Notes under the pieces: generated by a model
What the model was told of the DNA's origin: nothing
The model's input: the letters and a program-made list of their open reading frames with translations, nothing else
Databases searched by the model: none
NCBI GenBank assembly: GCA_965207735.1
Contig: OZ242296.1
Span: forward strand, 1,568,001 to 1,632,000
DNA: 64,000 bases
Origin: Candidatus Versatilivorator sp.
Lineage (GTDB): Bacteria; Acidobacteriota; Terriglobia; Versatilivoradales; Versatilivoraceae
Reading direction: 5' to 3'
Shown: positions 29,235-39,619 of the stretch, one piece after another
Layout: each line of letters opens with the position of its first letter
Numbering within the stretch: position 1 is the first letter of the stretch
Translations under genes and position numbers: made by a program

Positions 29235-29609
29235 TCAAGCCAGCTTCCTCCAGGCCTCCCAGACCAGCAATCCCCAACCCAGCAGAAAGCACAGGCCCCC
29301 CAGGGGGGTGACAGCTCCCAGGCTTCGAACTCCGGTGAGGCTTAGCGCGTAAAGACTTCCGGAAAAGAGAAGGATTCCTGCCAACCAGAGCCAGCCGGCC
29401 CACTGAAAGACGGCGCCGCCCCACCGGTCCATGGCCAGGGCCAGCGCCACCAACCCCAGCCCATGGAGGATCTGGTAGCGGACTCCGGTCTCAAAGACCG
29501 CCAGCAGATCGGCGGAAAGGCGCTGCTTGAGGCCGTGGGCGCCAAACGCGCCGGCGGCAACCGCCAGACCCACCATCAGGCAGCCCATCCCAAACCAGAA
29601 TCTTGCCAT
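29235..29609 (-). CDS. DUF423 (YgdD/TMEM256) membrane protein
   Basis: GAFGAHGL, FETGVRYQ, FSGSLY, TPLGG; start MARFW at 29609. Confidence 0.9.
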   Translation of the reverse strand: MARFWFGMGCLMVGLAVAAGAFGAHGLKQRLSADLLAVFETGVRYQILHGLGLVALALAMDRWGGAVFQWAGWLWLAGILLFSGSLYALSLTGVRSLGAVTPLGGLCFLLGWGLLVWEAWRKLA

Positions 29610-29731
29610 TGCGGAATCTCCTCGAAAACGCTCGTCGTCCCGCGGAAACCGGCTGCCCGGCGCGCCCTCCGGGGCGCCTCCCGCGTTTTTCCCCGCCCCT
29701 GGGAATCCCTCTTCAGCGGAACGGCCTTCTC

Positions 29732-30160
29732 TTATTCCGCGCCCCCGCCGCCGGACGGCCAGAGGCGCCGCAACTCCGAAAGGGGCATCTTCTCCAGCCA
29801 GCTCTTGGACCGGCGCTTCAGGTAGACCCGGGTGCCATCCCCGGCAGGCTCCATCCAGAAAGCCTCCCACCGCTCAGCGCCCAGTTCGTTGAGCCGTGCC
29901 TGGCTGGATTGGGGACCTTCGTGCGGCAGGTCCACAATCTTGTATTCCCAGTCGCCGATCCGGTGCAGATCCTGGCGGGCCCACTCCAGGGCATCCTTGG
30001 GGACCTGCTGTCCCGACTCCCGGGCCTGCTGGTAAAGTTCCTGGACCCGCTGCTTCAGGGCCGCCACCCGGTCATCGGGCGAGGCCGGGAGGTCCGGGTC
30101 CGAGGCGCAGCCTGCCAGGGGCGCCGCCAGCAACAGGAGCAGGAATCCGGATCTGATCAT
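29732..30160 (-). CDS. Hypothetical lipoprotein (DUF4177-like C-terminal motif)
   Basis: LAGC lipobox; WEYKIVDL...LNELGAERWE. Confidence 0.65.
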   Translation of the reverse strand: MIRSGFLLLLLAAPLAGCASDPDLPASPDDRVAALKQRVQELYQQARESGQQVPKDALEWARQDLHRIGDWEYKIVDLPHEGPQSSQARLNELGAERWEAFWMEPAGDGTRVYLKRRSKSWLEKMPLSELRRLWPSGGGGAE

Positions 30161-30224
30161 GGGACCTCTATTGTCTCCATCCCGACCCAAAAGTCCAACC
30201 CTGATCCGCGAGAGCAGCTTGTCG

Positions 30225-30390
30225 GAAACAAAAGAAAAAAGACATAAAGAGTTATCCACGAAGGGACACGAAGAACGACGAAGGGGCACTAAGGCGCTGA
30301 GGTTAACCGAGACGGGGTACCAAGGTCGCGACGGGATGGTCGATTTCTGGTTGTTTCACTCTCGAATGATCCGCCCGGCAGGGCGGGGGC
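30225..30390 (+). repeat. CACGAA-family element copy
   Basis: Colinear with 1981-2140. Confidence 0.9.
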
Positions 30391-30490
30391 AGGGCTCGCG
30401 GGCAAACGGGAGTTTCCCAGAGGGCGCCGGTCGGCTTTCAGAGAAGTCGCCCCCCGGATACGCTGCACCGCACCATTGGGACGACCCACC

Positions 30491-30642
30491 CGGGAGCGCG
30501 GGAGTCCCGCCCGCACACGACTTGGCACCATTGTAACGATCCCCACAATGGCCGGTTTGGTGCACTGTGAGATGAAGTGGCCCTGAATCGCAGGCTGTTT
30601 GCACGAACAAGGTTGCGGGCGGGACGCCCGCGCTCCCGGGGG
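30491..30642. repeat. Inverted pair of GGGAGCGCGGGCGTCCCGCCCGC REP-like palindromes
   Basis: Same REP as inside the MITEs at 566-875 and 13809-14147. Confidence 0.8.
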
Positions 30643-30792
30643 GAATTCTCCCCTGACGTCGTCGCAGTAAAGGAGGTCCATCGGTCTTTGTGTTAATTCG
30701 TCTTCATTCGTGGTTCATCTTCATTAGGGGCGCCTCCCGGCGCTGATCCGAAAGCGATGGAAAGAGGCCGGCGGCTGTACTAAGATCACGGC

Positions 30793-32838
30793 ATGGCTCT
30801 ACGGATTCTCGGTCTGTGGCTGCTTCTGGGACAGCTGGCTGTCGCGGCGGTGGTCGGCGTGGAAGTTCGGGGCCGGTCAGAGGTCCTGCACGGCCGCGGC
30901 TTCGGCGCGGCGGGCACCTACGAGAAGATCCATGGAAGGGTCTTCTTCGAAGTCGACCCCCGGCTGGAACAGAACCGAATCATCTGCGACATCGACCTGG
31001 CGCCTCGCAACCGGCGAGGCAAAGTGGAGTTCTCCTCCGATTTTTATCTCATCCGACCCACCCTTCCCGGCAAGGGCAACGGGACCGTCCTCTACGAGGT
31101 CTGCAATCGAGGCCGCAAGGGGATGCTGGGCATGTTCAGCCGGGCGACTTCATCCCGGGAACTGACCACCCCGACGGAGTTTGGAGACGCGCTGCTGCTG
31201 GACCACGGCTTCAGCCTGGCCTGGCTGGGCTGGCAGTTCGACGTGCCCCGGGTTTCCAATCGTCTGAGGCTGTACGCTCCGGTGGCCAGGCAGGGCTCTA
31301 CACCCATCCGAGGGCTGGTTCGTGCCGAATTCGTTCCCGAAACCAGGGTCCGAAGCTTCCCCCTGGCCGACCGGAACATGGAGCCCGCCTATCCCGCCAT
31401 CGACCCGGATGACCCCGACCTGAAGCTGACCGTCAGAGACCTGACCGACGGTCCCAGAAAGATCGTCCCGCGCAAGCACTGGCGGCTGGCCCGGGAGGAA
31501 AACGGAAAACTGGTCGCCAGCAGCGGGCAGGTCTTCATGGCCTCGGGATTCGAAGCGGGGCGAATCTACGAGCTGGTCTATGCGGCCGAGAATCCGACAC
31601 TGGTGGGACTGGGCCCGGCGGCCACCCGCGACTTCATCGCATTCCTGAAGTATGGCGGAGCCTTCAAGGAGGGCGGGGCGGCGCCGGGGTTGGGGTCCAG
31701 TGTTCGGAGAGCCATCGGCTTCGGGACGTCCCAGAGCGGGCGCTTCCTTCGAACCTTTCTCTATTACGGGTTCAATCAGGACGAGGGGGGCCGCCGGGTC
31801 TTCGACGGAGTCCTGTCCCACGTGGCCGGCGCCAGCCGGGGCAGCTTCAACCACCGGTTCGCCCAGCCCTCCCGGGACGCCCACTCCTTCATGAACACCT
31901 TTTATCCCACCGTCATCTATCCCTTTGCCGACCTTCCGCAGCCGGACCGTGAAAGAGGCCTCAAAGAGGGGGTGCTCGACCGCAGCCGCCGGCAGGAGTC
32001 GACGCCAAAGATCTTCTACACCAACGCCTCTTACGAGTACTACGGGAGGGCCGCTTCCCTGATTCATACCAGTCTGGACGGCTCCCGGGATGTGCCGCTG
32101 GCCCCGAACACCCGGGTCTACGTCTTCGCCGGCACCCAGCACGGCCCCGCCTCCTTTCCGCCGCGAAGACGGAGCACCGCCAACCTGCCCAACCCGAACG
32201 ACTTTCGCTGGCCCATGCGGGCCTTGCTGCTGGCCCTGCAGGCCTGGTTGGCCGAGGACAGGCAACCGCCTCCTTCACAGTATCCCCGCATTTCCCAGGG
32301 AGAGCTGGTGCCCCTGGACCGGATGAGCTTCCCCGGGATTCCCGGCGTCCGTCTTCCCGTAAGGATGATGCAGCCCTACCGCCTCGATTACGGCTCCGAT
32401 TTCCGAACCAGGGGAATTGTAACCCTGCAGCCCCCCCGGGTGGGAGGAGCCTTCAGACCGCTGGTTCTTCAGGTGGATCGGGACGGCAACGAGCTCGCCG
32501 GCATCCGCCTTCCCGTCATCCGGGCGCCCCTGGCCACCTATACCGGGTGGAACCTCCGGCATCCCGACATCGGCTCCCCGGCAGAGCTCTACAGCATGGT
32601 GGGGTCCTTCATTCCCTTCCCCGGGACCCGACGGGAACGCCTGCGGGCGGGAGACCCGCGTCTCTCCATCGCCGAGCGCTATTCGAGCCGGGAAGCCTAC
32701 CTGCGGCGGATTCGAACCGAGGCCCGGCGCCTGGCTAGGCAGGGCTTTCTCATCGGCAGCGATATCCCGTACGTCGTCCGACAGGCAGGCGAACTGTGGG
32801 ACTATCTGAGGAGTAGGCGCCAGCCTGAAACGGATTGA
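30793..32838 (+). CDS. Secreted alpha/beta hydrolase domain protein
   Basis: Signal peptide, GTSQSGRFLR elbow, FNHRFAQPSR, DRDGNELAGIRLP. Confidence 0.8.
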   Translation: MALRILGLWLLLGQLAVAAVVGVEVRGRSEVLHGRGFGAAGTYEKIHGRVFFEVDPRLEQNRIICDIDLAPRNRRGKVEFSSDFYLIRPTLPGKGNGTVLYEVCNRGRKGMLGMFSRATSSRELTTPTEFGDALLLDHGFSLAWLGWQFDVPRVSNRLRLYAPVARQGSTPIRGLVRAEFVPETRVRSFPLADRNMEPAYPAIDPDDPDLKLTVRDLTDGPRKIVPRKHWRLAREENGKLVASSGQVFMASGFEAGRIYELVYAAENPTLVGLGPAATRDFIAFLKYGGAFKEGGAAPGLGSSVRRAIGFGTSQSGRFLRTFLYYGFNQDEGGRRVFDGVLSHVAGASRGSFNHRFAQPSRDAHSFMNTFYPTVIYPFADLPQPDRERGLKEGVLDRSRRQESTPKIFYTNASYEYYGRAASLIHTSLDGSRDVPLAPNTRVYVFAGTQHGPASFPPRRRSTANLPNPNDFRWPMRALLLALQAWLAEDRQPPPSQYPRISQGELVPLDRMSFPGIPGVRLPVRMMQPYRLDYGSDFRTRGIVTLQPPRVGGAFRPLVLQVDRDGNELAGIRLPVIRAPLATYTGWNLRHPDIGSPAELYSMVGSFIPFPGTRRERLRAGDPRLSIAERYSSREAYLRRIRTEARRLARQGFLIGSDIPYVVRQAGELWDYLRSRRQPETD

Positions 32839-32918
32839 GGGGTAGTCCACGAACGATATCCACGAAGAGGCAGGAAGAACCACTAATGGACACGAATAGA
32901 CCCCAATAAACTGATGAG

Positions 32919-34043
32919 ATGAACAACAACACTCCAATTCGATTCGACGCCAACAAGTTCGAGCTCGTTCACCAGGTCGGCGGCATTCGGACGGCCACCT
33001 TCGACTGGCCCGATGCCGGCGGCGCCCCCGGGTGCCGGGTGGCGATGGTGGACACGGGCTCGGGACTGCGTTTCACCGTGGCGCTGGACCGCGGCGGCGA
33101 CATCGTGGAGGCTTTTCATCAGAGTCACAGCCTGGCCTACCTGACCCCCAACGGCTACCGCCCGCCGCGGCAACCACTCCACCGCGACGAGGACTGGCTG
33201 GCCGCCTGGCCGGGGGGACTTCTGACTTCCTGCGGTCCTCGCTACATCGGACCCGGGCGGGAGGAAGACGGCCTCAAGCTGGCCTTGCACGGCCAACACT
33301 CCAACACCCCAGTGGCGCTGCTCGAACTGAAGAACCCCGACCCCGGCCGGGGAGACCTCGACATGCGCTTGGGCCTGACGATTCGAGACACCCAGATGTA
33401 TGGGCCGGTGGTTGAAGTCCGCCGGCAGATCGCCTGCCGGCTGGGTGAGCCCGTGATCCGGCTGCGGGACGAAGTGGCCAACCTCGGAAACTCCACCGTG
33501 GCCCACAACTGGCTTTACCACGTCAACCTGGGGTATCCCCTGCTGGATTCCGGGTCGCAACTGGTTTACGGCGGCAGTGTCAACGGAGGTTGGCAGATGA
33601 ACGCCGACATGTCCATGGCCGACCTCTCCCGATCGGACAGCGACCTCCAAGGCTACCTGACGGTGCCCGAACCGCTCCCGGAACATGCCGCCTGCGGCTC
33701 CCGGGGCTTGCTCCTGGACATCGCCGGCGACGCCCAGGGTCTTGGCCACTGCGGAGTCGTCAACCGGAGGCTCGACCTGGCCGTTGAGCTCTGCTATCCG
33801 GTCCGGCAACTGCCCCGGTTGGCCAACTGACAGCACTACGCCCCCGGCGGTTCCTACGTCTCCGCCCTGGAACCCTTCAGCGGCTCCCTTTGGGGCAAGG
33901 ACCAGGACAGCCATCCCCTGGCCTCCCAGTGGCTGGAGCCGGGTCAGAGCCGCCTTTACGAAGTCGAGATCCGGGTGCATGCCGGCTCCACCGCCATCGA
34001 GGGCTTTCTGGAGAATAGACAACCGCTGGGTTGGGATTTATAG
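32919..34043 (+). pseudogene. DUF4432/aldose 1-epimerase-like gene interrupted by in-frame TGA at 33828-33830
   Basis: DTGSGLRFTVALDRGGDI, GGLLTSCG, LYHVNLGYPLL; after the TGA the same frame continues QHYAPGGSYVSALEP... to TAG at 34043. Confidence 0.75.
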
Positions 34044-34068
34044 CCGTCATTCCGGCGGCCATGGCGCC

Positions 34069-35871
34069 ATGAGAATCCAGGGTCTATTGCTTGTTTCCAT
34101 CCTGGCGGTGACCGCAGGCACTGCGGTTGCCGCACCCGACTGGGTCCGCATCGAATCTCCGCACTTTGAGCTTTTTACCAATGCCGGAGAGAGAAGCGGC
34201 CGCCGAACCATTCTCTATTTCGAGCAGGTCAGAGACTTTTTCCTCAAGACAGGCAACGTGGGCAAAGTACCTTCTTCCCCTGTCCGCATCATCCGCTTTC
34301 GTTCCCCCAAAGAATTCAAGCCCTACCGGCCCTTCGAAGCAGCCGCAGCTTTCTATATGTCCAGCCCAAAGCGGGACCTGATTGTGATGGGCACGCCGGG
34401 CCGCCAGACCAAGAACGCAGCCGTTCACGAGTACGTTCACCTGTTGGTGAAACACTCCGGAGCAGAATTGCCCGTTTGGTTGAACGAGGGTCTGGCCGAG
34501 CTCTATTCCACCTTTGAACCTCAAGGAAAGCAGGTGGCGTTTGGCAAGGCCGCTCGCGTCCTCGGGGACAGGCAGTGGCTCCCGTTCCGGGAATTGATAT
34601 CGGCAGATTACAAATCTCCTCATTTTGACGAGAGCGACCGCACCAAGGTCTTCTACGCTCAGAGTTGGGCACTCACCCACATGCTCTGCCTCTCGAATCC
34701 CTATAGCCAACGATTTTCCGACTTTCTGAAAGGGGTCGACGGCGGGACGGGAGAAGAGGCTTTTCGATGGGTATACGGCAAGACTCTCGATGAGGTCGAG
34801 AGCGATTTCAAGCGGTATGTGGTTCAAAAGCGCCTCCCCACTACGGTCTACGAGATTCGCTTGAACCGGTCTGTCGAAAAGCCAAGGGTCCAGCCGGCCA
34901 CCGAGACGGAAGTCAGTCTGGTCAAGGCCGGCCTGCTGGTTGGGCTGAAGAAGCGGGAGCAGGCCCTGGAAATCTACCGGGACCTGGCCCGGCGGCACCC
35001 CGGGGAATGGCGGATTCCGGAAGCGCTCGGCTATCTCGCCGACCATTCGGGAGATGAGGAGTCGGCTCGCCGGCATTTCGCCAGGGCTGTCGAACTGGAG
35101 GCAGCCAATCCGCAGATGTATTACGACTTCGCGCGGCTGCTGCAGGACGCAGATGCCGAACCAGAACGTATCAAGACGGTGTTGCGCCAGGCGATCGCTC
35201 TAAAACCGGACTTTGACAATGCCCACCGATTGTTGGGCTCTATTCTGCTGCTGGAGGGGAAAGCCGGAATGGCCCTGGCCCAGTTGATCCGGGTCGAGCA
35301 GATAAGCCGTGAGGAAGCCGTTCTCCACTACCAGACAGTGGCCCAACTCTACCACCGGTTGGGCAGGCTTGAAGCCGCCCGCCAGGCGGCCGCCCTCTGC
35401 CGCAAGTACGCACGATCCTCAGAGGAAATGGATTTGGCGGAAGAGTTGCTGGAATGGCTCGGTGTCGGGAGCGAGGATGTTCCGGAGGAAGCACCTCCGT
35501 CGTTTGCGGATGCCGGCTCACCCGGGACACCAGCCTCCGCCCCGCACCGGGAGGAATCCGACCGTCCGTTGAATTCCCCGGCCGGTGCAACCGGCACCCA
35601 CATGGCACCGAGCCGGGTGGAAGTGCAGGGATTGTTCTCCAGGCTGGATTGCCTGGGAGAACGGGCCCGACTCCATCTCCGGGTTGAGGGAAAGTCGGTA
35701 GCGCTGGCGATTCTGGACGCGGCTTCCGTGAGAGTTTCGGGTCCGGAGGGCGGCCTGGTGGAGCTGAGCTGCGGCAAGCAGCAGCCCAGGCCGGTGACGG
35801 TTGAGTATGAGCCCGCCGAGGATGCCGACTTCGGGGCGGCGGGCATCGTCAAGATCATTCAGTTCCGGTAG
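34069..35871 (+). CDS. Secreted DUF1570-like zincin domain plus TPR repeat protein
   Basis: Signal peptide, WVRIESPHF, HEYVH, WLNEGLAE, FYAQSWAL, TPR-like helices. Confidence 0.8.
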   Translation: MRIQGLLLVSILAVTAGTAVAAPDWVRIESPHFELFTNAGERSGRRTILYFEQVRDFFLKTGNVGKVPSSPVRIIRFRSPKEFKPYRPFEAAAAFYMSSPKRDLIVMGTPGRQTKNAAVHEYVHLLVKHSGAELPVWLNEGLAELYSTFEPQGKQVAFGKAARVLGDRQWLPFRELISADYKSPHFDESDRTKVFYAQSWALTHMLCLSNPYSQRFSDFLKGVDGGTGEEAFRWVYGKTLDEVESDFKRYVVQKRLPTTVYEIRLNRSVEKPRVQPATETEVSLVKAGLLVGLKKREQALEIYRDLARRHPGEWRIPEALGYLADHSGDEESARRHFARAVELEAANPQMYYDFARLLQDADAEPERIKTVLRQAIALKPDFDNAHRLLGSILLLEGKAGMALAQLIRVEQISREEAVLHYQTVAQLYHRLGRLEAARQAAALCRKYARSSEEMDLAEELLEWLGVGSEDVPEEAPPSFADAGSPGTPASAPHREESDRPLNSPAGATGTHMAPSRVEVQGLFSRLDCLGERARLHLRVEGKSVALAILDAASVRVSGPEGGLVELSCGKQQPRPVTVEYEPAEDADFGAAGIVKIIQFR

Positions 35872-35890
35872 AGTTTTGTCGTGAGGGCTT

Positions 35891-36072
35891 GTCTGAAACA
35901 ACCGACAAACGACAAAAGAAAAAAGACTTATCCACGAAGGGGCACGAAGAACGACGAAGGGGCACTAAGGCGCTGAGGTTAACCGCGACGGGGTACCAAG
36001 GTCGCGAAGGGTTGATCGATTTCTGATTGTTTCACTCTATGTATGATCCGCACACCAGGGCGGGGGCGGGGC
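35891..36072 (+). repeat. CACGAA-family element copy
   Basis: Colinear with 1981-2140 and the reverse of 47495-47675. Confidence 0.9.
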
Positions 36073-36123
36073 TTACATGAGCCAACGGAGAATTTTTGGA
36101 TCGGTAGCGAAAGGACGGTACCA

Positions 36124-37395
36124 GTGAAGATATATGGGAACGGAATAAGCGTTGAACGGCGGGCGTTTCTGCGGCGAACGCTGCAGGCAGCGGCCGCAAC
36201 CCAGTTGGGCTGGGCCGCGGCCTGCGGGGGGCCGCAGACCGGTGGTTCAGGGGACGGGGTCTTATCCGAAGGAGACGGGAAACCGGGGTTCCGGTCCACC
36301 GAATGGCTGGGGGGCGTCACCCTTTCTCCCCAGCAGATGCGTGCCATGCAAGCCGGACCCTACATTCTCCATGCTCGCGCCGGGGACTTGAACCGGGTTC
36401 CGGTTGAAAAAGCCCTTCTGCCGCACGACCCCCGGGGACACGTACAGACAGTGGAGCTGGCCATGGCCCCTGACGGAACCATCTATGTCAACCAGAATAC
36501 TCTGATGTGCCGGTCTCGGGATGGCGGGCGAAGCTGGGATGTCAGCCCGCGTCCGGAAAACATGGTCGGCACTTTTCAAATTCTGAGCGACGGGACCTTC
36601 GTTTCCCCCCAAAGCGTGGGAGAAAAAGACCCGTCCGGGATCCTGGTCTGGAGTTCAGCCGATCAGGGCCGGACCTGGAGTCAACTTTCGGAGATCGGAA
36701 ACCCGGCCAAGTGCGACCGTCGCATTCCCGGAACGATTAACCGGCTTCCTGACGACACCCTGGTCCTGCCCGTTGAATCCCGGGCCCACATGATCGATCC
36801 GGCCTATGTCCACTGCTCCTCCGACGGGGGCCGCACCTGGAGCGGACCCACGGGATTCAACACCGAGATCGGTTTCCTGGGAGGCCACTGCTACGAGACC
36901 ATGATCGCGCCCATGGCCTCGGGCAAGCTGGTTGCCGTCATCCGCTATCACGGGGCCGTGGTGCCGCAGTGGCCTCTGGTCGACCCGGGCAGGCGCGCCT
37001 ACTACAAGACGGTCTTCCTGGCGGATTCCGACGACGGCGGCAAGACCTGGAACCGCTTCCGGCCGCTGACCAACTACCACGGGCAGTGCCATGGCTACGG
37101 AGTCGGTCTCTCCGACGGAACCTTCGTGGTGGCCTACGACCACCGTTATCCGCGCGACCTGTCCAGCGGACGGGCCATGATCAGCCGCGACGAGGGGGAA
37201 ACCTGGGAGGACGAGGTCTACTACCTTTACTACGGCGACGGCAGCAGCGGTTTCAGCCAAAGCCTGGCGCTGGACGACGGCATGATTCTCACCGTCGGGG
37301 GGATCACCCACGAACTCGAATCCAGAAGACGCTGGGCAGGGGCCACCGGCAAGTCGGAACTGTGGGCCATCCGCTGGAAACCGGTCCCGGCTTGA
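36124..37395 (+). CDS. Tat-exported sialidase-like BNR/Asp-box protein (start uncertain)
   Basis: RRAFL leader; five SxD(G/Q/E)GxxW boxes; C-terminal AIRWKP like the 14368-16593 paralog. Confidence 0.78.
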   Translation: MKIYGNGISVERRAFLRRTLQAAAATQLGWAAACGGPQTGGSGDGVLSEGDGKPGFRSTEWLGGVTLSPQQMRAMQAGPYILHARAGDLNRVPVEKALLPHDPRGHVQTVELAMAPDGTIYVNQNTLMCRSRDGGRSWDVSPRPENMVGTFQILSDGTFVSPQSVGEKDPSGILVWSSADQGRTWSQLSEIGNPAKCDRRIPGTINRLPDDTLVLPVESRAHMIDPAYVHCSSDGGRTWSGPTGFNTEIGFLGGHCYETMIAPMASGKLVAVIRYHGAVVPQWPLVDPGRRAYYKTVFLADSDDGGKTWNRFRPLTNYHGQCHGYGVGLSDGTFVVAYDHRYPRDLSSGRAMISRDEGETWEDEVYYLYYGDGSSGFSQSLALDDGMILTVGGITHELESRRRWAGATGKSELWAIRWKPVPA

Positions 37396-37443
37396 AAAGA
37401 GTTATCCACGAAGAGACACGAAGAACGACGAAAGGCCACTTAG

Positions 37444-39374
37444 CCCGAAGTTCCTCCCATTTTACACCCAAAAAATCGCCTTAAGCCATTTGTTTTCTTG
37501 GGGAAGAGGATTGAGGCGTGTGGAGTGTTGTTCCCATGTATATGATTAGCATTTATCTTGACATGATAGTTGTATGTGATATCGTAGTCCCATGTACGTC
37601 GAAACCGTCCCCAACCGCAACTCTCCCCCTGCCATCCTCCTGCGCGAAGGCCGCCGTGAGGGTAAAAAGGTCCATAAACGCACCCTGGCCAATCTCTCCC
37701 ATTGGCCCAAGGACAAGATCGAGCGCCTCCGGCGCGTGCTCAAGAACGAACCCCTGGTCCATCCCGACCAACTCTTCGCCATCGAACGCTCCCTGCCTCA
37801 TGGCCACGTCGAGTTGCTGCTGGAAGTGGTGCGGCAGCTGAAGCTGCCGGCGCTGATCGATTCCCGACCCTCTCCCCAACGGGACCGGGTCTTGGCCATG
37901 ATCCTGCAGCGTCTGCTCTATCCGGCCTCCAAGCTGGCCACCACCCGTCTTTGGCACACCACCACGTTGGGTGAGGAACTGTCCCTTGAGGACACCGACG
38001 AGGACGATCTCTATGAGGCCATGGACTGGTTGCTGGAGCGTCAGGACCGGATTGAGCGCAAGCTGGCCAAGCGGCACCTGGCGGAAGGGGATGCGGTGCT
38101 CTATGACGTCAGCAGCAGTTACTACGAAGGCCAGACCTGCTCGCTGATGCAGTTCGGCCACAACCGGGACGGCAGGCGGGACCGGCCCATGGTGGTCTAC
38201 GGGGTGCTGGCCGACCAGATGGGGCGGCCGCTGTCGGTGCAGGCCTATGCCGGCAACACGGGGGATCCGACCACGGTGGGGGATCAGGTGGAGAAGGTGC
38301 GGGGTCGGTTTGGTCTGGAGCGGGTGGTGCTGGTGGGGGACCGCGGGCTGCTGACCGAGACGCAGATCAGCCATCTGAAGCGTCATCCGGGAGTGGGGTG
38401 GGTCTCAGCCCTGCGCCACCACCAGATACGCCGTCTGGTGGAGAGCGAGGCGGTTCAGCTCTCCCTGTTCGACGAGCGTCATCTGGCCGAAGTCCGCAGC
38501 CCGGACTATCCGGGCGAGAGGCTCATCGTCTGCCACAACCCGCTGCTGGCCGAGCATCGGCGGCGGAAGCGGGAGGCTTTGCTGACAGCCACCGAGGAGG
38601 CGCTGGCCGGAATCGCCCGCCAGGTGGCCAGACGGACCCGCACGCCCTTGTCGGCGACCGAGATCGCCGAGAAAGTCGGCCGGGTCAAGAACCGCTTCCA
38701 GGTGGCCAAACACTTCCGGACCCAGATCGCAGACGGGTCCTTCCACTATGAACGGCGCACCGACGCCATCATCCGGGAGGCGCAACTGGACGGGTTCTAC
38801 ATGCTGAGGACCAGCGAGCCAGCCGATCGCCTGCCAACAGCCGCGGTGGTGCGCCGCTACAAGGACCTGACGCGGGTGGAGCGGGCCTTCCGCTCCCTCA
38901 AGACCGTCGACCTGCACATCCGCCCCATCCGTCATCGGGTGGAGAGCCGGGTGCGGGCTCATCTGTTCCTGTGCCTGCTGGCCTATTACGTTCAGTGGCA
39001 TCTGCGGCTGGCCCTGGCTCCGTTGCTGTTCGATGACGAGGAGTTGGAAGCGGAACGGGCACGGCGAGACCCGGTGCTGGCGGCCCAGCCGTCGGACTCC
39101 GCCAAACGGAAGAAGAGCAAACGCCTCACCGAGGACGGCTTGCCGCTGCAGAGCCTGGAGACGTTGATGGCGCAGATGGCGACGCGGGCCCGCCACCAGT
39201 GCCGATTGCCCTCCGAACCCGATGGTCCGCGAGTCCAGCGATTGACCGAGCCGACCCCGCTACAGCAAAGGGCCTTCGAGCTCATCAGGATGTTCCCAGG
39301 CAAGACAACCTGAGATTCCTGATTGATGATTGAAGATAAAGGAGTTATCTTGTCGGTGGGTCAGGAACTTCGGG
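37444..39374 (+). mobile_element. IS1634-family insertion sequence, complete
   Basis: TIRs CCCGAAGTTCCT (37444-37455) / AGGAACTTCGGG (39363-39374); flanking TTAG duplication (37440-37443, 39375-39378). Confidence 0.9.
37592..39313 (+). CDS. IS1634 family DDE transposase
   Basis: LYDVSSSYYEG, VLVGDRG, YKDLTRVERAFRSLK, RPIRH...RVRAHLFLC. Confidence 0.93.
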   Translation: MYVETVPNRNSPPAILLREGRREGKKVHKRTLANLSHWPKDKIERLRRVLKNEPLVHPDQLFAIERSLPHGHVELLLEVVRQLKLPALIDSRPSPQRDRVLAMILQRLLYPASKLATTRLWHTTTLGEELSLEDTDEDDLYEAMDWLLERQDRIERKLAKRHLAEGDAVLYDVSSSYYEGQTCSLMQFGHNRDGRRDRPMVVYGVLADQMGRPLSVQAYAGNTGDPTTVGDQVEKVRGRFGLERVVLVGDRGLLTETQISHLKRHPGVGWVSALRHHQIRRLVESEAVQLSLFDERHLAEVRSPDYPGERLIVCHNPLLAEHRRRKREALLTATEEALAGIARQVARRTRTPLSATEIAEKVGRVKNRFQVAKHFRTQIADGSFHYERRTDAIIREAQLDGFYMLRTSEPADRLPTAAVVRRYKDLTRVERAFRSLKTVDLHIRPIRHRVESRVRAHLFLCLLAYYVQWHLRLALAPLLFDDEELEAERARRDPVLAAQPSDSAKRKKSKRLTEDGLPLQSLETLMAQMATRARHQCRLPSEPDGPRVQRLTEPTPLQQRAFELIRMFPGKTT

Positions 39375-39436
39375 TTAGCGGTTGGAGAAGGCTCACGAGG
39401 GATCCGCCAAAAGTCGGGCAGGGGGATTAGGGGACG

Positions 39437-39578
39437 TTGCACGCACCAGTGCAGGCCAAGGTGTTCCGGGTGCTCAACATCGACCCCGCCTCAGGTGTTG
39501 CCATAAACAAGGCAGGTTGATTATTAATAAGCTCCTTTCCTACAATCAATTACGTCTATTTTGCTCGTGAAGTTCCGC
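39437..39578 (+). pseudogene. 3' remnant of a second IS1634-like element
   Basis: Frame LHAPVQAKVFRVLNIDPASGVAINKAG* resembles the transposase tail TPLQQRAFELI; followed by an AT-rich end and GAAGTTCCG. Confidence 0.5.
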
Positions 39579-39619
39579 CAAACGCGCGCAAACGGCGCCG
39601 CTGCCTGTGTCGGAGATCG

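Noticed and set aside
33828-33830. Genome-wide UGA recoding
   Set aside because: Many well-defined genes in the window end at TGA and use TGG for Trp
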